In this document: positions 10,794 through 20,941 of the stretch, piece after piece | Numbering within the stretch: the first letter of the stretch is position 1 | Layout of the letters: each line of letters opens with the position of its first letter | The notes under the pieces: generated by a model | Databases searched by the model: none | Seen by the model: the letters and a program-made list of their open reading frames with translations, nothing else | What the model was told of the DNA's origin: nothing | Translations under genes and position numbers: made by a program | NCBI GenBank assembly: GCA_963674825.1 | Contig: OY771587.1 | Coordinates: 1,088,001 to 1,152,000, forward strand | Length of the DNA: 64,000 nt | Direction of reading: 5' to 3' | Origin: Candidatus Cloacimonadales bacterium | GTDB taxonomy: Bacteria > Cloacimonadota > Cloacimonadia > Cloacimonadales > JAIOQZ01

Positions 10794-13700
10794 TTACTTG
10801 ATGAGTATCATCTTGCGGATGCTGCTGAAGTCACCGGCATTGATCCGGTAGAAATAGACACCGCTGGCGTTGTTGTCGGCATTCCAGACAGCCTTGTAGC
10901 TGCCGGCAGCGTGCTTGTCGTTAACCAGCGTCGTGACCTTCTGTCCTTTCACGTTGTAAACGTCTATGGTTACGTGACACGGAGTCGCGATATCATAAGC
11001 GATAGTCGTAATCGGGTTGAACGGATTCGGGTAGTTCTGCGAAACACCGAACTTCGCCGGTGCGACATCTTCCCCATCGGCATCCAGCACCTCGACGTAA
11101 CCGGCAAAAGCCTCGTCGAACATGCAATATGCGATGTCGATATCTTCTGCGCCCTGCTCAGCATCGAAAAGGAACGAAACCACCGGCTGCGCAGTCGCCA
11201 GCTGTTCTGTCGCGAAACCGGCAACGCGGATTGAACCGCCCTGATCGTTGGCAGTAACCTGAATGTCGTCCAGATCGCCAGCAACTTCGTAACCGACGTA
11301 GGTGAACTGATCCTGGTTGTAGTCGATACGGCTGATGAACGAATAGAATTCGTCATCGAAGCGGACGTTCACACGAACGCGGCCGTTTTCGTCACGCGCC
11401 AGAGTTCCGAGATCCCAGAGGTCCGGAATGGTGCGTTCAGTCGAGCCAGGGTAGTTTCCGGAAGGATCGCCGATCACAATACCGGTGAAGTTGCGCACGA
11501 GGCTGGTTCCTTCCAGTTCGATGGCATAGGACGACGGATTGAACGCCCAGATACCTGCGGAAAATTCGTCAATGAGTCCAACCGAGTATTGTGCCATGAG
11601 TGCTGCGTCGTAAACGGTGGGATAATAGTCGCCATTCACGTCTGCCGCTGTTTCCTGGTTCGCGTCGAAGATGATCAGACCCAGCGCATAGCGAGCTGTG
11701 AGTGATGCATCGTACGGGGTGATGGTGAGATCCGGGATCGGATCGGTGGAAGAAACAGCCAGTGAATAGCTGCCTGCATGGTGTGTCGGGAAGCTATAAG
11801 CGCCAGATCCATCGGTGTAAAGCGAATCGCTTTCGTAACCGGTCAGGACAAGCTTGGCGTTTCCGACGGCAATGCGGGACGGCGTGAAGTAATTGATACC
11901 ACCGCTGATGGTGTAAGCATTGCGAATGGTGAATGTTCCGTCGTTTTCGGTCACGGTCATCGAGCCATCGTTGACTTCGGTATCGCTGAAGTTAAGCTGG
12001 CAGGTCTCAAAATCGAGCGCGTCGCTTGCAATATCGAACACGATGTTTATGAGGGTACCATCTGTAGGCAGATGACTCGTGCTGTAGCCGCTTACGGTAA
12101 TCTGGCCCTGTGTGGCGTCGTTATAGTTAATCGCCCAACCATCGGTAAGAGTGCCGGTATTATCGACATCCGAGACAGTCAGAAGCGTGTAATCGAACGC
12201 GAGAGTAAACTGGAACGAGATGATCTCGAACGGATCGATCGAGTTGATGATCTCGACCGGCAGCACAAGCTGATTTCCAGCTTCGCCGGTAATCTCGTCG
12301 GACGCGTTGATGCTAAGCGGACCGACCATCACCTGACCCGGTGCATAGGATACGACGGGAGGATTCACACCGTCATCGATAACGCCGTAGATGTAATACA
12401 GCGAGTGCGGTGTATTGGCGAAGTTCCAGGTATAGCTGTCAGCTGCGCTATCTTCGTGAATATTGGATGTAATCAACGTACCGGTGGTGTCGTGACCATC
12501 GTCGTAATAGAGGCTGATCAGCGCGTCGTCTTCGATGTCGATGTCATCCCATTGAATGCTTAGGCTCGATGGATTGAGCGTGAGTTCTGCCGGTGTGAGA
12601 ACCGCAAAATCAGGCGCGAAGTTGCTCAGGGTCGTACCTGCAGTCGGGATCTCAGCAACCTGAGAACCTTCGTAGTTCACAGTCGATGCGATCACTTGGT
12701 AAACCTGATCATCCACGCCATTGACTTGTCCCCACCAGTTGTACCTTGCATCGATTGAACCAGCGGTGTTGTTTGTGGTAAGACCGACCTGAAACGGTTC
12801 GTCTTTATACCGAATCTCGGAGATACGGCCATACTGACTCGATGTATAGTAATAATATACATACACTCGCCAGTCATTTGCGTTTGATGTGCTATTGATC
12901 GTCACCCATGTGTCGAAACTGGTGTTGGATGATGTATTATAATTAGACACTGAGTAAACGTTTGATCCAGCAGCTATCGCTTGAAACTCATAGTCGCTCG
13001 AAGAGCTGCTGTGATTCGCATAACCCTGCACGTGAATCTGATCAACCAGAGAAATAGGGAACTGCGAGTAGTAGTAATTGCTGTAGCCCGAAGTCGAGTA
13101 GAGGTAGCTGGTCGAAAGTGGTTCCGAAACATCGGGATCGGTTCCATTACCATAAATGTTACAGTAATTGATGGTGGGATAGGAGTTTTCCCGAACCATG
13201 AAACCGTTCTGCGTGTTTGCGATGATGTCCGAATAGATGATGGAGCCTTCGCTGCCATCTTCGTAGTTCACGCCAAAACCATCATTGTAGTTGATTGCGC
13301 AGTATTGAAATTCGGGAGCGGATGCACTGCCTTCAATCTGAATACCGGTCTTCTCATTGTAGGAGACATCGGTGTTGCTGATCTCGGGAGTCGAGTTGAC
13401 GCAATAGATACCATAGTTGGTATTGCTTGCAGCGCGGCTGTTTGCGATCACCGCATTTGTACAGCTGCTGAACCACATACCGTAACCGTTGGTGGAGGAA
13501 ACGATCAGTCCATCACCGTTGACAATTGCGTTTGTCCCGGCCTTGAAGCCATAGCCTGTTCCGGTCGACGGAGCAGCCGTCTCGAAGATGATAAGATCGT
13601 TGAGACTGGTAAGGCCGCTGTATGAATTTGCGACTTCCATACCGTAGCCCTTGCTATAGGCGATCATGCCATTGTTGAATGTAACGTATTTATCAGCGAT

Positions 13701-14096
13701 ATAGACACCCATTACGGCGTATTTAATCTCTGTGTGATTGAGAATGGAATAGACGCTTGTCGTATTCATGAAATCAATTCCAGCCCAGTCGCCGGGAGCA
13801 GGAGAGTCTTCGTTGGAGGTGAAGACAACAGGATTATTAGCAGTTCCATTGGTCAGAAGTCTTCCCTGGACGATGAAATCGGTATCACCGAGGCCGTCAC
13901 TATTGGCGTCCACCTTGGTGAAGGTGACTGTCACGCCTGCGTCGATGGTGAGCACAACACCGGAAGCAACCGTCACATCGCCGGTGATGATGATGTCATC
14001 CGACCACTGGGTGTTTTCCGAGATGGTGCCGCTGAAGGCAAACATCATGCCAGCCAAGAAGATACAGAAGCTGGTAAGTAGCAATCGCTTTTTCAT
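10794..14096 (-). CDS. Secreted right-handed beta-helix protein with cohesin, dockerin and FlgD-Ig/T9SS-type C-terminal domain
   Basis: GDVTVASGVVLTIDAGVTV...GTANNPVVFTS...PGDWAGI; IDARYNWWG; cohesin IISFQFTLAFD; dockerin AADVNGDYYPTVYDAALMAQYSVG; QNYPNPFNP...GVYFYRI. Confidence 0.8.
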   Translation of the reverse strand: MKKRLLLTSFCIFLAGMMFAFSGTISENTQWSDDIIITGDVTVASGVVLTIDAGVTVTFTKVDANSDGLGDTDFIVQGRLLTNGTANNPVVFTSNEDSPAPGDWAGIDFMNTTSVYSILNHTEIKYAVMGVYIADKYVTFNNGMIAYSKGYGMEVANSYSGLTSLNDLIIFETAAPSTGTGYGFKAGTNAIVNGDGLIVSSTNGYGMWFSSCTNAVIANSRAASNTNYGIYCVNSTPEISNTDVSYNEKTGIQIEGSASAPEFQYCAINYNDGFGVNYEDGSEGSIIYSDIIANTQNGFMVRENSYPTINYCNIYGNGTDPDVSEPLSTSYLYSTSGYSNYYYSQFPISLVDQIHVQGYANHSSSSSDYEFQAIAAGSNVYSVSNYNTSSNTSFDTWVTINSTSNANDWRVYVYYYYTSSQYGRISEIRYKDEPFQVGLTTNNTAGSIDARYNWWGQVNGVDDQVYQVIASTVNYEGSQVAEIPTAGTTLSNFAPDFAVLTPAELTLNPSSLSIQWDDIDIEDDALISLYYDDGHDTTGTLITSNIHEDSAADSYTWNFANTPHSLYYIYGVIDDGVNPPVVSYAPGQVMVGPLSINASDEITGEAGNQLVLPVEIINSIDPFEIISFQFTLAFDYTLLTVSDVDNTGTLTDGWAINYNDATQGQITVSGYSTSHLPTDGTLINIVFDIASDALDFETCQLNFSDTEVNDGSMTVTENDGTFTIRNAYTISGGINYFTPSRIAVGNAKLVLTGYESDSLYTDGSGAYSFPTHHAGSYSLAVSSTDPIPDLTITPYDASLTARYALGLIIFDANQETAADVNGDYYPTVYDAALMAQYSVGLIDEFSAGIWAFNPSSYAIELEGTSLVRNFTGIVIGDPSGNYPGSTERTIPDLWDLGTLARDENGRVRVNVRFDDEFYSFISRIDYNQDQFTYVGYEVAGDLDDIQVTANDQGGSIRVAGFATEQLATAQPVVSFLFDAEQGAEDIDIAYCMFDEAFAGYVEVLDADGEDVAPAKFGVSQNYPNPFNPITTIAYDIATPCHVTIDVYNVKGQKVTTLVNDKHAAGSYKAVWNADNNASGVYFYRINAGDFSSIRKMILIK

Positions 14097-14391
14097 AAGG
14101 TTCTCCTTTATTAATGTATTGAGTTTCTTCGAATCAATTTACAAATTGTGAATCCGTTATAGCAGCTGTCAATTATTTCTTTTGGCGAAGCTTAGCCATC
14201 ACCACCGCTTTCACACATTAAAATGAATTTCCAGCAGAAATTCCATTATAACTGCCATCGAAGAAAAGAAATATCCATTTGCGCTTCTGAACGGGCATCC
14301 AGTAACTACCGTCTTTGTGGCTTCCGTTTTTTCCTTGACAATCCATATCGCGGTTCAAAATGCGTGTATATTCTAACAAAGGAGTCATATC

Positions 14392-14562
14392 ATGGCAGTG
14401 AAAGTTGACATTGAGAAGTGCATCGGCTGTGGCGCATGCATCGATACATGCCCAGTAAGCGCGCTTGAAATGGATGGCGATAAAGTTAAAGTCGACGAAG
14501 GTACCTGTGTCGATTGCGGCGCATGCGTCGACGGTTGCCCCGTGGAAGCTCTTTCCATGTAA
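14392..14562 (+). CDS. 2[4Fe-4S] ferredoxin (56 aa, not in ORF track)
   Basis: MAVKVDIEKCIGCGACIDTCPVSALEMDGDKVKVDEGTCVDCGACVDGCPVEALSM has two CxxCxxCxxxCP motifs; AAGGAG RBS. Confidence 0.95.
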   Translation: MAVKVDIEKCIGCGACIDTCPVSALEMDGDKVKVDEGTCVDCGACVDGCPVEALSM

Positions 14563-14580
14563 TTCAACAGCAAGGTTTTC

Positions 14581-14608
14581 AGGCAGGACTTCGGTTCTGC
14601 CTTTTTTT
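14581..14608 (+). terminator. Rho-independent terminator after ferredoxin
   Basis: AGGCAGGAC-ttcg-GTTCTGCCT followed by a T run. Confidence 0.85.
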
Positions 14609-14729
14609 ATACTCGGAAATCGATCGTCTCAACTTCTTCAATTCGAGCCCAGTGGATAAAAACCTTGCGAAAAAACGACACGCAATAAAATTGGATTCAT
14701 AATGTGAATGATATTTCCATGGAGGAATT

Positions 14730-15875
14730 ATGGATTACTTTCTGACTGAAGAACAGCTCGAGATCAAAGACCTCGCGCGCAAGGTAGCCGAAGAAAAGCT
14801 CAAACCGCTGCGTCAGCATCTCGACGAAAATAACGAATTTTCCTGGGACGTCGTCAAGGCGATCGCCCAGACCGACCTCTTTGCTGTCCTCGTACCGGAA
14901 GAGTACGGCGGAATCAGCGGTAAAGTCCTCGACCTCTCCATCGTTACCGAAGAGCTCAGCGTTGTTGACGCCGGCTCCGCGCTCGGTTTCGGCGCTACCG
15001 GACTGGGCATGTATCCCATCCTGATCAGCGGCTCGGAAGAACAAAAGCAGAAATATCTGCCTGACGTGGCCGATGGCAAGCGCCTCTGCGCCTTCGGACT
15101 CACCGAAGCAAACGCTGGCTCCGACGCCGGCGGTATCGAGACAACCGCGGTACTCGACGGCGACCACTACGTGCTCAACGGCACCAAGCAGTGGATCACC
15201 AACGGCGGCGAAGCAGACATCTATACCGTGTTCGCGCTTACCGACAAGGGCAAGGGCGCTCGTGGCGCATCCTGCATCATCGTCGAGAAGGGAACGCCGG
15301 GCTTCAGCTTTGGCAAGAAGGAAGACAAGATGGGTATCCGCGCATCCGCGACCCGCGAACTGATCTTCGAAGACTGCCGCGTACCGAAGGAAAACCTGCT
15401 CGGTAAAGAAGGCCAGGGCTTCATGATTGCGATGAAGACATTCGACAAGTCTCGCCCGATGGTGGGCTCGCAGGCTGTCGGTATCGCTCGAGGAGCATAC
15501 GAGGAAGCCGCGCGTTACTCCAAGGAACGCAAGCAGTTCGGCAAGCCGATCTCCAGCTTCCAGGCCATCCAGTTCATGCTGGCGGACATGGCGACCCAGA
15601 TCGAAGCCGCACGCGCGCTCGTTTACGCCACCAGCCGCATGATCGATTCCGGCTGCAAGAAGTTCAGCAAGGAATCCGCAATGTGCAAGACCTTCGCGTC
15701 AGACGTCGCGATGAAGGTCACCGTGGACGCCGTGCAGATCCTCGGTGGATACGGCTACATGAAGGAATACCCGGTCGAGAAGATGATGCGCGATGCCAAG
15801 ATCACCCAGATCTACGAAGGCACCAACCAGATCCAGCGCTCCATCATCGCCTCGAACCTGCTCAAAGAATTCTAA
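14730..15875 (+). CDS. Acyl-CoA dehydrogenase (butyryl-CoA dehydrogenase-like)
   Basis: AFGLTEANAGSD, LNGTKQWITNG, ERKQFGKPI, GGYGYMKEYPVEKMMRDAKITQIYEGTNQIQR. Confidence 0.95.
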   Translation: MDYFLTEEQLEIKDLARKVAEEKLKPLRQHLDENNEFSWDVVKAIAQTDLFAVLVPEEYGGISGKVLDLSIVTEELSVVDAGSALGFGATGLGMYPILISGSEEQKQKYLPDVADGKRLCAFGLTEANAGSDAGGIETTAVLDGDHYVLNGTKQWITNGGEADIYTVFALTDKGKGARGASCIIVEKGTPGFSFGKKEDKMGIRASATRELIFEDCRVPKENLLGKEGQGFMIAMKTFDKSRPMVGSQAVGIARGAYEEAARYSKERKQFGKPISSFQAIQFMLADMATQIEAARALVYATSRMIDSGCKKFSKESAMCKTFASDVAMKVTVDAVQILGGYGYMKEYPVEKMMRDAKITQIYEGTNQIQRSIIASNLLKEF

Positions 15876-15897
15876 TCAGCTATACGCTACATACTAC

Positions 15898-15930
15898 AAA
15901 CCTCCACGGGTAACCGTGGAGGTTTTTCTT
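15898..15930 (+). terminator. Rho-independent terminator
   Basis: AAACCTCCACGG-gtaa-CCGTGGAGGTTT followed by TTCTT. Confidence 0.85.
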
Positions 15931-15963
15931 ATTCTCTGCATCCCCCGGACAATGGGAATGGCG

Positions 15964-15988
15964 TGTCACCCTGAGCGAAGTCGAAGGG
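15964..15988. repeat. REP-like element (TGTCACCCTGAGCGAAGTCGAAGGG)
   Basis: Matches a widespread intergenic repeat pattern GTCAxCCTGAGCxxxGxCGAAGG, recognised by eye. Confidence 0.55.
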
Positions 15989-17062
15989 TTATTCCTTTTT
16001 CTCTCCGTCGTCATCCTTCGTCAGCGCGATGAACTCGGGGTCGTCCCAGTAGGGTTTGAAATTCAAGTCTTTGCGAGCTTCCTTTTTCTGGCGAGGATTG
16101 AGTTTGAATAGTTTCTCTAAGTCCTTGAGCATTTGTACCTTCCTTCCCAATCGAGCAAGCGAATTAGCCCTAAATTTCCAAGCATATGCATATTCAGCCT
16201 TTATCTCAATAGCCTTGTTATAACATTCTATGGCTTCTTTATATTTCTCCACTCCATGATACATTGCCCCGCAGTATACCCACAATTCGCTATTATTGTG
16301 ACGATACTGGCAAGCTTGATGCAACAGACAATGCATTGCACTCGTGTCACCAGCCCACCATGCCGAGCGTACTCCCTTTAAATACCAGTCTATCCTACCT
16401 GGATGAATCTCAAGATATCTTTCTGCATCAGATAATGCTGTTTTATACTTTCCAAGTTTCATAGCAGCTATCCATCGTTTTTCGTATATTTCAATTGGAA
16501 TATCATTGGAAAAAAAACGAAGAATATTTGTGCTTACCAGATACTCTCGAAGTACATCTTCAGTGTTTGCATCAAGTGGAATTTTCTTCTTCTCCATATC
16601 CTCAATCAGTGCACTACTATCTATAATTTGACTACTTAGCCTTTTCTTCTGCTCCTTTATTCCAGAAATTATTTGATCATACTCTCCCTTGCTTTTTTCC
16701 ATTTCAACTTTCACAACATTCATATCTCGAACAAGTTCTTTCTTTAATTGCCTCACATCCTTTAAGTTACTATACCCAAAGAATCCTGCAATAACAATCA
16801 TAATCGCTAGCGCTGCTAGAATGACTCCCATTGCTCCCAAGAATTGATCTAACATTTGTGCGCGGACGATCGTCAGCTCTTGGCGCTCATCCAGCATCGT
16901 CTTCACATCTTCTATAGATAATCCATTAGCTGGTTGGGCATCACCAGCCAGATTCAGTTCCAGCACGATGGGTTGCGGATTGCCTTTATCAACGTAAACG
17001 GTCTCGACAACAGTCGCGCAGGCGGCGCAGCAAATGATCATAACAAGCCATACGGATCGCAT
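15989..17062 (-). CDS. Membrane-anchored tetratricopeptide repeat protein
   Basis: GGAGG RBS before MRSVWLVMIICCAAC; one TM segment, a coiled coil and C-terminal TPRs (EAIECYNKAIEI, AWKFRANSLARLG). Confidence 0.75.
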   Translation of the reverse strand: MRSVWLVMIICCAACATVVETVYVDKGNPQPIVLELNLAGDAQPANGLSIEDVKTMLDERQELTIVRAQMLDQFLGAMGVILAALAIMIVIAGFFGYSNLKDVRQLKKELVRDMNVVKVEMEKSKGEYDQIISGIKEQKKRLSSQIIDSSALIEDMEKKKIPLDANTEDVLREYLVSTNILRFFSNDIPIEIYEKRWIAAMKLGKYKTALSDAERYLEIHPGRIDWYLKGVRSAWWAGDTSAMHCLLHQACQYRHNNSELWVYCGAMYHGVEKYKEAIECYNKAIEIKAEYAYAWKFRANSLARLGRKVQMLKDLEKLFKLNPRQKKEARKDLNFKPYWDDPEFIALTKDDDGEKKE

Positions 17063-17290
17063 AAGAACCTCCGGGATGTGGATGATCAATGTATTAATCC
17101 TTCGGTGAATTGTGTCAAATCTTTTACTTTAGTCGCCCTTCCGTGCAGGAGATTCGTTCGATCGCAGCCGGAGGCGTGGTGTTGCACGTCATAAGATCCG
17201 TGTCCGATAGCCATGAATGACGTGCTATATCCACGCCGGAGGCGATCGGACGAAGATTCGCGCGGATGCACGCTGCAATGGCTCTCCCTA

Positions 17291-17375
17291 CTCCTTCCCC
17301 TTTTTCCAAAGGGGAAGGCTGGGATGGGGTTTCTCTACTCCCTCGCCCATTTGTGGGAGAGGGCAGGGGTGAGGG
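17291..17375. repeat. Pair of REP-like hairpin repeats
   Basis: CTCCTTCCCCTTT..AAAGGGGAAGG.TGGGATGGGG and CTCCCTCGCCCA...TGGGAGAGGGCAGGGGTGAGGG; a related element lies at 59568-59627. Confidence 0.6.
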
Positions 17376-17452
17376 TCTCCACTTTTTTCATTGACGAACA
17401 GAGCAGCGATTCACAATAGTAAGAAAACGCCCACACCATGCAAAGGACAGAT

Positions 17453-19882
17453 ATGAAAGCCCTCACGACAATCGCACTCATCCTGCTCACGCTCTCGCTC
17501 TGCGCGGTGATCCTCACCCCCGCAGAACGCACCATGATGCGCAACATGCTGGAGGAAAACGACCTCGACAGCCTTTCCACTGACTTCCTCAAAGACTGGA
17601 GTCCGGACACCCACTTCAAGATTCCGCTCGTTGTCGATATCCTCAACCACCCGTTCCACTTTCCGGACTACGTCGCCAAAACCGACACGCTCGTCCGCGA
17701 GAAGACCACCGCTGAGCTGCTCCTGAGCCTCGCACACGATGTTTTCGGCTGTGATAGCCAGCTTGACGATTTCCCCGCCGACCGCAAGACAGACGATCCC
17801 ATCGACTACGCCATCCAAAGCTGGGATACCATCTCGCGTGACTACCAACAAGCCTGGAGCGCGTTGAGCCATGACGAACGCCGTCAACTCGAGGCCATCG
17901 CCCTGAGCCTGTGGGAAGAACACGAAGATTCGCTCGATTACAAGGCCGCATTCGAGAAGCGCGGCTTATCTGAAAACGATCCCATCGGATCCGATAGCCT
18001 TATCGCTCTGATCGAGAAAGTCGATTTCTCGTCACTATCCCGCGCAGCCATAGCGTTCGAAACAGATTTCGGCATCCTCAAGGAGATGGTGCGTGACCAT
18101 AAGCTCAAGCCTCGCACGAAAAAAACCGCCTGGGGAACCATGCGTATCGGCGGCAGCGGTGACGACACCTATGATGGACGCTACGCGCTCATCATCGATA
18201 CCGGCGGCAACGATACCTATCGCTGTGACCTCTACGCCGATTCGAAGCAACCTTTTTGCTGGATAATCGATCTTGATGGCAACGACTACTACGAGAACCG
18301 TGGCGTTGGCGGACTCTTCAGCGCTGTGATGGGCCTATGCCGATTCTGGGACGTACAGGGCGACGACACCTATCGAACCGGCGACATGGCTTTCTGTAGC
18401 AGCTTCGGCTTCGGCATCTACGAAGACGAGTCTGGAGCCGATATCTACGACTGCGGCCTGCACGCTATTGGCGCCGCCAGCTTCGGAGTTTGCATTCAGA
18501 TCGATGGCGATGGCGACGATCGCTACAGCGTTACCCAATACGGCGAAGGCTTCGCAGGTCCGCTCGCAGCCGGAATCCTGGTCGAGCGCGGCGGTGACGA
18601 TCTCTACTACGCCGGCGGGAAATACCTGCACGCTCCCCTGGCACCATTCGACTTCCGCAGCCTGTCACAGGGCTTCGGCTTCGGTATGCGGCCGGATATC
18701 GCGGGTGGTATCGGCATCATCCACGACGACAAAGGCAACGATGTCTATCAGGGCGGCGTCTATGCACAAGCGGTGGCTTACTGGTACGCACTGGGTATCA
18801 TCATCGACAACGACGGAAACGACTATTATGACGCGGTCTATTATCCGCAAGGAAGCGGGATTCATCTCGCTGCCGGGTTCCTCTTCGATAGCGCTGGAGA
18901 GGATCATTATTATTCCAAACACGGTCCCGGCCAAGGCGCGGGACACGACTACGGCGTCGGATTCATGATCGACCGCGGCGGCAACGACTACTACGGCATC
19001 GAAGGCGGAAACGGCCTGGGTCTCACAAACTCCGTCGGTGTTTTCCTGGATGTTTGGGGAAATGACGAGTATGCACGTGACCGTCCAAGCAACTACGGTT
19101 ATGCCAATTCATCACGCGGCTGTGGTGGTATAGGGATCTTCCTCGATACCGGCGGTAAGGATATCTACGGCATCGAGAAAGCCGACAACGACAGCACCTG
19201 GGTAAACGGTACCTGGGGCATCGGCAGAGACATCGCCCTGATCGAACCACCGACGCCCATCGAGGAAGTCGCGGAAGAGCAGGCAGCGCTGGTCGATTCA
19301 CTTGCGGATATCGAAACAATCTTTAACGCAGCGTCCGAATGGGGCGTGGGAAGCGCTGCGCTACGCGTCGAAAAGGCTGCAGAAATCCTTCTCAAACGCG
19401 AGAATGAAGCCGCCGAATTCATTTTCAACCACCGCATGGATACCAAGAGTGGGCTGGTCTACCGTGCTATATCGCGTTTCGCCGATAAATCGGACGCCAT
19501 GAAACCCTACCTCTCGCGCGGATTACACAGCCCGGACAGCCTCGTCACCAAGATGGCTATCAATCTTATCAGCGAAAGCGGCGATACGCTGTGGGTGGAT
19601 TCGCTCTACGTACTTCTGGAGCAGAACAAGTATGTACCTAAAGTGCTGGGGGGGCTCGGCGGACTCAAATGCGAACGCAGCATCGATATCCTGTACGATT
19701 ATTGCGATAACGATTCGGAGATGCTTCGGGTGATTGCAGCGAAAGGATTACGCAGCATCAACACCGCCCGTACACGCCAGATCCTGCGCGACATGCGCGA
19801 CGATCCTTCGTTCCTGATCCAGTCGCTTGTGCGGCTATCACCCGCATGGAAACGGGTGGACGGCAAACCAAGATGGGAGTAG
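17453..19882 (+). CDS. Secreted hypothetical protein with many DxxGxDxY Gly-rich repeats and C-terminal HEAT-like repeats
   Basis: Signal peptide; more than 10 repeats such as DTGGNDTY, DLDGNDYY, DRGGNDYY; helical C-terminus. Confidence 0.75.
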   Translation: MKALTTIALILLTLSLCAVILTPAERTMMRNMLEENDLDSLSTDFLKDWSPDTHFKIPLVVDILNHPFHFPDYVAKTDTLVREKTTAELLLSLAHDVFGCDSQLDDFPADRKTDDPIDYAIQSWDTISRDYQQAWSALSHDERRQLEAIALSLWEEHEDSLDYKAAFEKRGLSENDPIGSDSLIALIEKVDFSSLSRAAIAFETDFGILKEMVRDHKLKPRTKKTAWGTMRIGGSGDDTYDGRYALIIDTGGNDTYRCDLYADSKQPFCWIIDLDGNDYYENRGVGGLFSAVMGLCRFWDVQGDDTYRTGDMAFCSSFGFGIYEDESGADIYDCGLHAIGAASFGVCIQIDGDGDDRYSVTQYGEGFAGPLAAGILVERGGDDLYYAGGKYLHAPLAPFDFRSLSQGFGFGMRPDIAGGIGIIHDDKGNDVYQGGVYAQAVAYWYALGIIIDNDGNDYYDAVYYPQGSGIHLAAGFLFDSAGEDHYYSKHGPGQGAGHDYGVGFMIDRGGNDYYGIEGGNGLGLTNSVGVFLDVWGNDEYARDRPSNYGYANSSRGCGGIGIFLDTGGKDIYGIEKADNDSTWVNGTWGIGRDIALIEPPTPIEEVAEEQAALVDSLADIETIFNAASEWGVGSAALRVEKAAEILLKRENEAAEFIFNHRMDTKSGLVYRAISRFADKSDAMKPYLSRGLHSPDSLVTKMAINLISESGDTLWVDSLYVLLEQNKYVPKVLGGLGGLKCERSIDILYDYCDNDSEMLRVIAAKGLRSINTARTRQILRDMRDDPSFLIQSLVRLSPAWKRVDGKPRWE

Positions 19883-20036
19883 CAGATTATCATGTTGAGT
19901 AGCGATGTACAAGTATATCGAAACAGGAGCAATCTGCCATATAATTTCGGAAACTCATTTTCGAGGTTGACAAGAGAAGAATTATTCCGGTATCTCTGTC
20001 TGGAGACCCGCCACAGGCGCGTTCGGGAGTTTACAC

Positions 20037-20933
20037 ATGGTAAGTAAAGTGCAGAAAGTCCGTTTGGGCGTGTTCCTGATCATCAGTTTATCACTGATGA
20101 TCCTGTTGATCGTGCTCATCGCCGGCGAAAAGCTATTGAAGCAGAAAGACACCTACACAATCGCCTATAACAACGTTTCAGTCAATGGCTTGCAGATCGG
20201 CGCGATGGTCAAATATCGCGGTTATCAGGTCGGTTCTGTGACTGACATGCGGATCGATCCGAAAGATGTAGGCACAATCCTGGTGATTGTGGAGGTCGAA
20301 GCTGGCACACCGATCAAGGATGATATGGTTGCAAATCTTCTTCCGCAGGGTATAACCGGATTGAAACTGATTGAGCTTGTCGGCGGCAACAACGATTCCC
20401 CCACGCTCAAGCCAGGCACAGAAATCAAAGCCGGCACATCGCTGATGGGTGACATCACTGGCGGAATCGCATCAGTAACTGAAAAACTTGAGCTGGTTCT
20501 TCAGCATGTCAGCGACCTCACCGGCGAAGAGAATCAGGCGAAAATCACCAGCATCCTGAACAACCTCGATCTCCTCGTCTCCGAAAACAGGCAGCAGGTC
20601 AACCAGATCCTGAGCAACGTAAGCTACACCACCTCGAATCTCAACGAGTTGGTTGTTTCCATGAATGACGCCATGAACCGATTGAACGACCTGCTCTATT
20701 CCGAAGAAGCCGACCGTATCCTTGCCAATGCCGTGATCATCACCGATAACCTCTCCCGAACAACAGAGATGACCGGAAGCATCGCCATCAACCTCAATAA
20801 TATCATGCTGAAAGTACGCGACGACGTGGTTACCATCGTTGAAACCATGAAAGAAACAGTCGATTACCTGAACGAATTCTCCCGCCAAATCGACGAAGAA
20901 CCGTCGCTGTTGCTGCGAACAAAGCGTAAATAG
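20037..20933 (+). CDS. mlaD: MCE/MlaD family protein
   Basis: N-terminal TM; VNGLQIGAMVKYRGYQVGSV and QGITGLKLIEL MCE motifs; helical tail. Confidence 0.9.
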   Translation: MVSKVQKVRLGVFLIISLSLMILLIVLIAGEKLLKQKDTYTIAYNNVSVNGLQIGAMVKYRGYQVGSVTDMRIDPKDVGTILVIVEVEAGTPIKDDMVANLLPQGITGLKLIELVGGNNDSPTLKPGTEIKAGTSLMGDITGGIASVTEKLELVLQHVSDLTGEENQAKITSILNNLDLLVSENRQQVNQILSNVSYTTSNLNELVVSMNDAMNRLNDLLYSEEADRILANAVIITDNLSRTTEMTGSIAINLNNIMLKVRDDVVTIVETMKETVDYLNEFSRQIDEEPSLLLRTKRK

Positions 20934-20941
20934 AGGAACAC

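Noticed and set aside
14385..14573. 62-aa minus-strand ORF and overlapping short ORFs
   Set aside because: Shadows of the real plus-strand ferredoxin.
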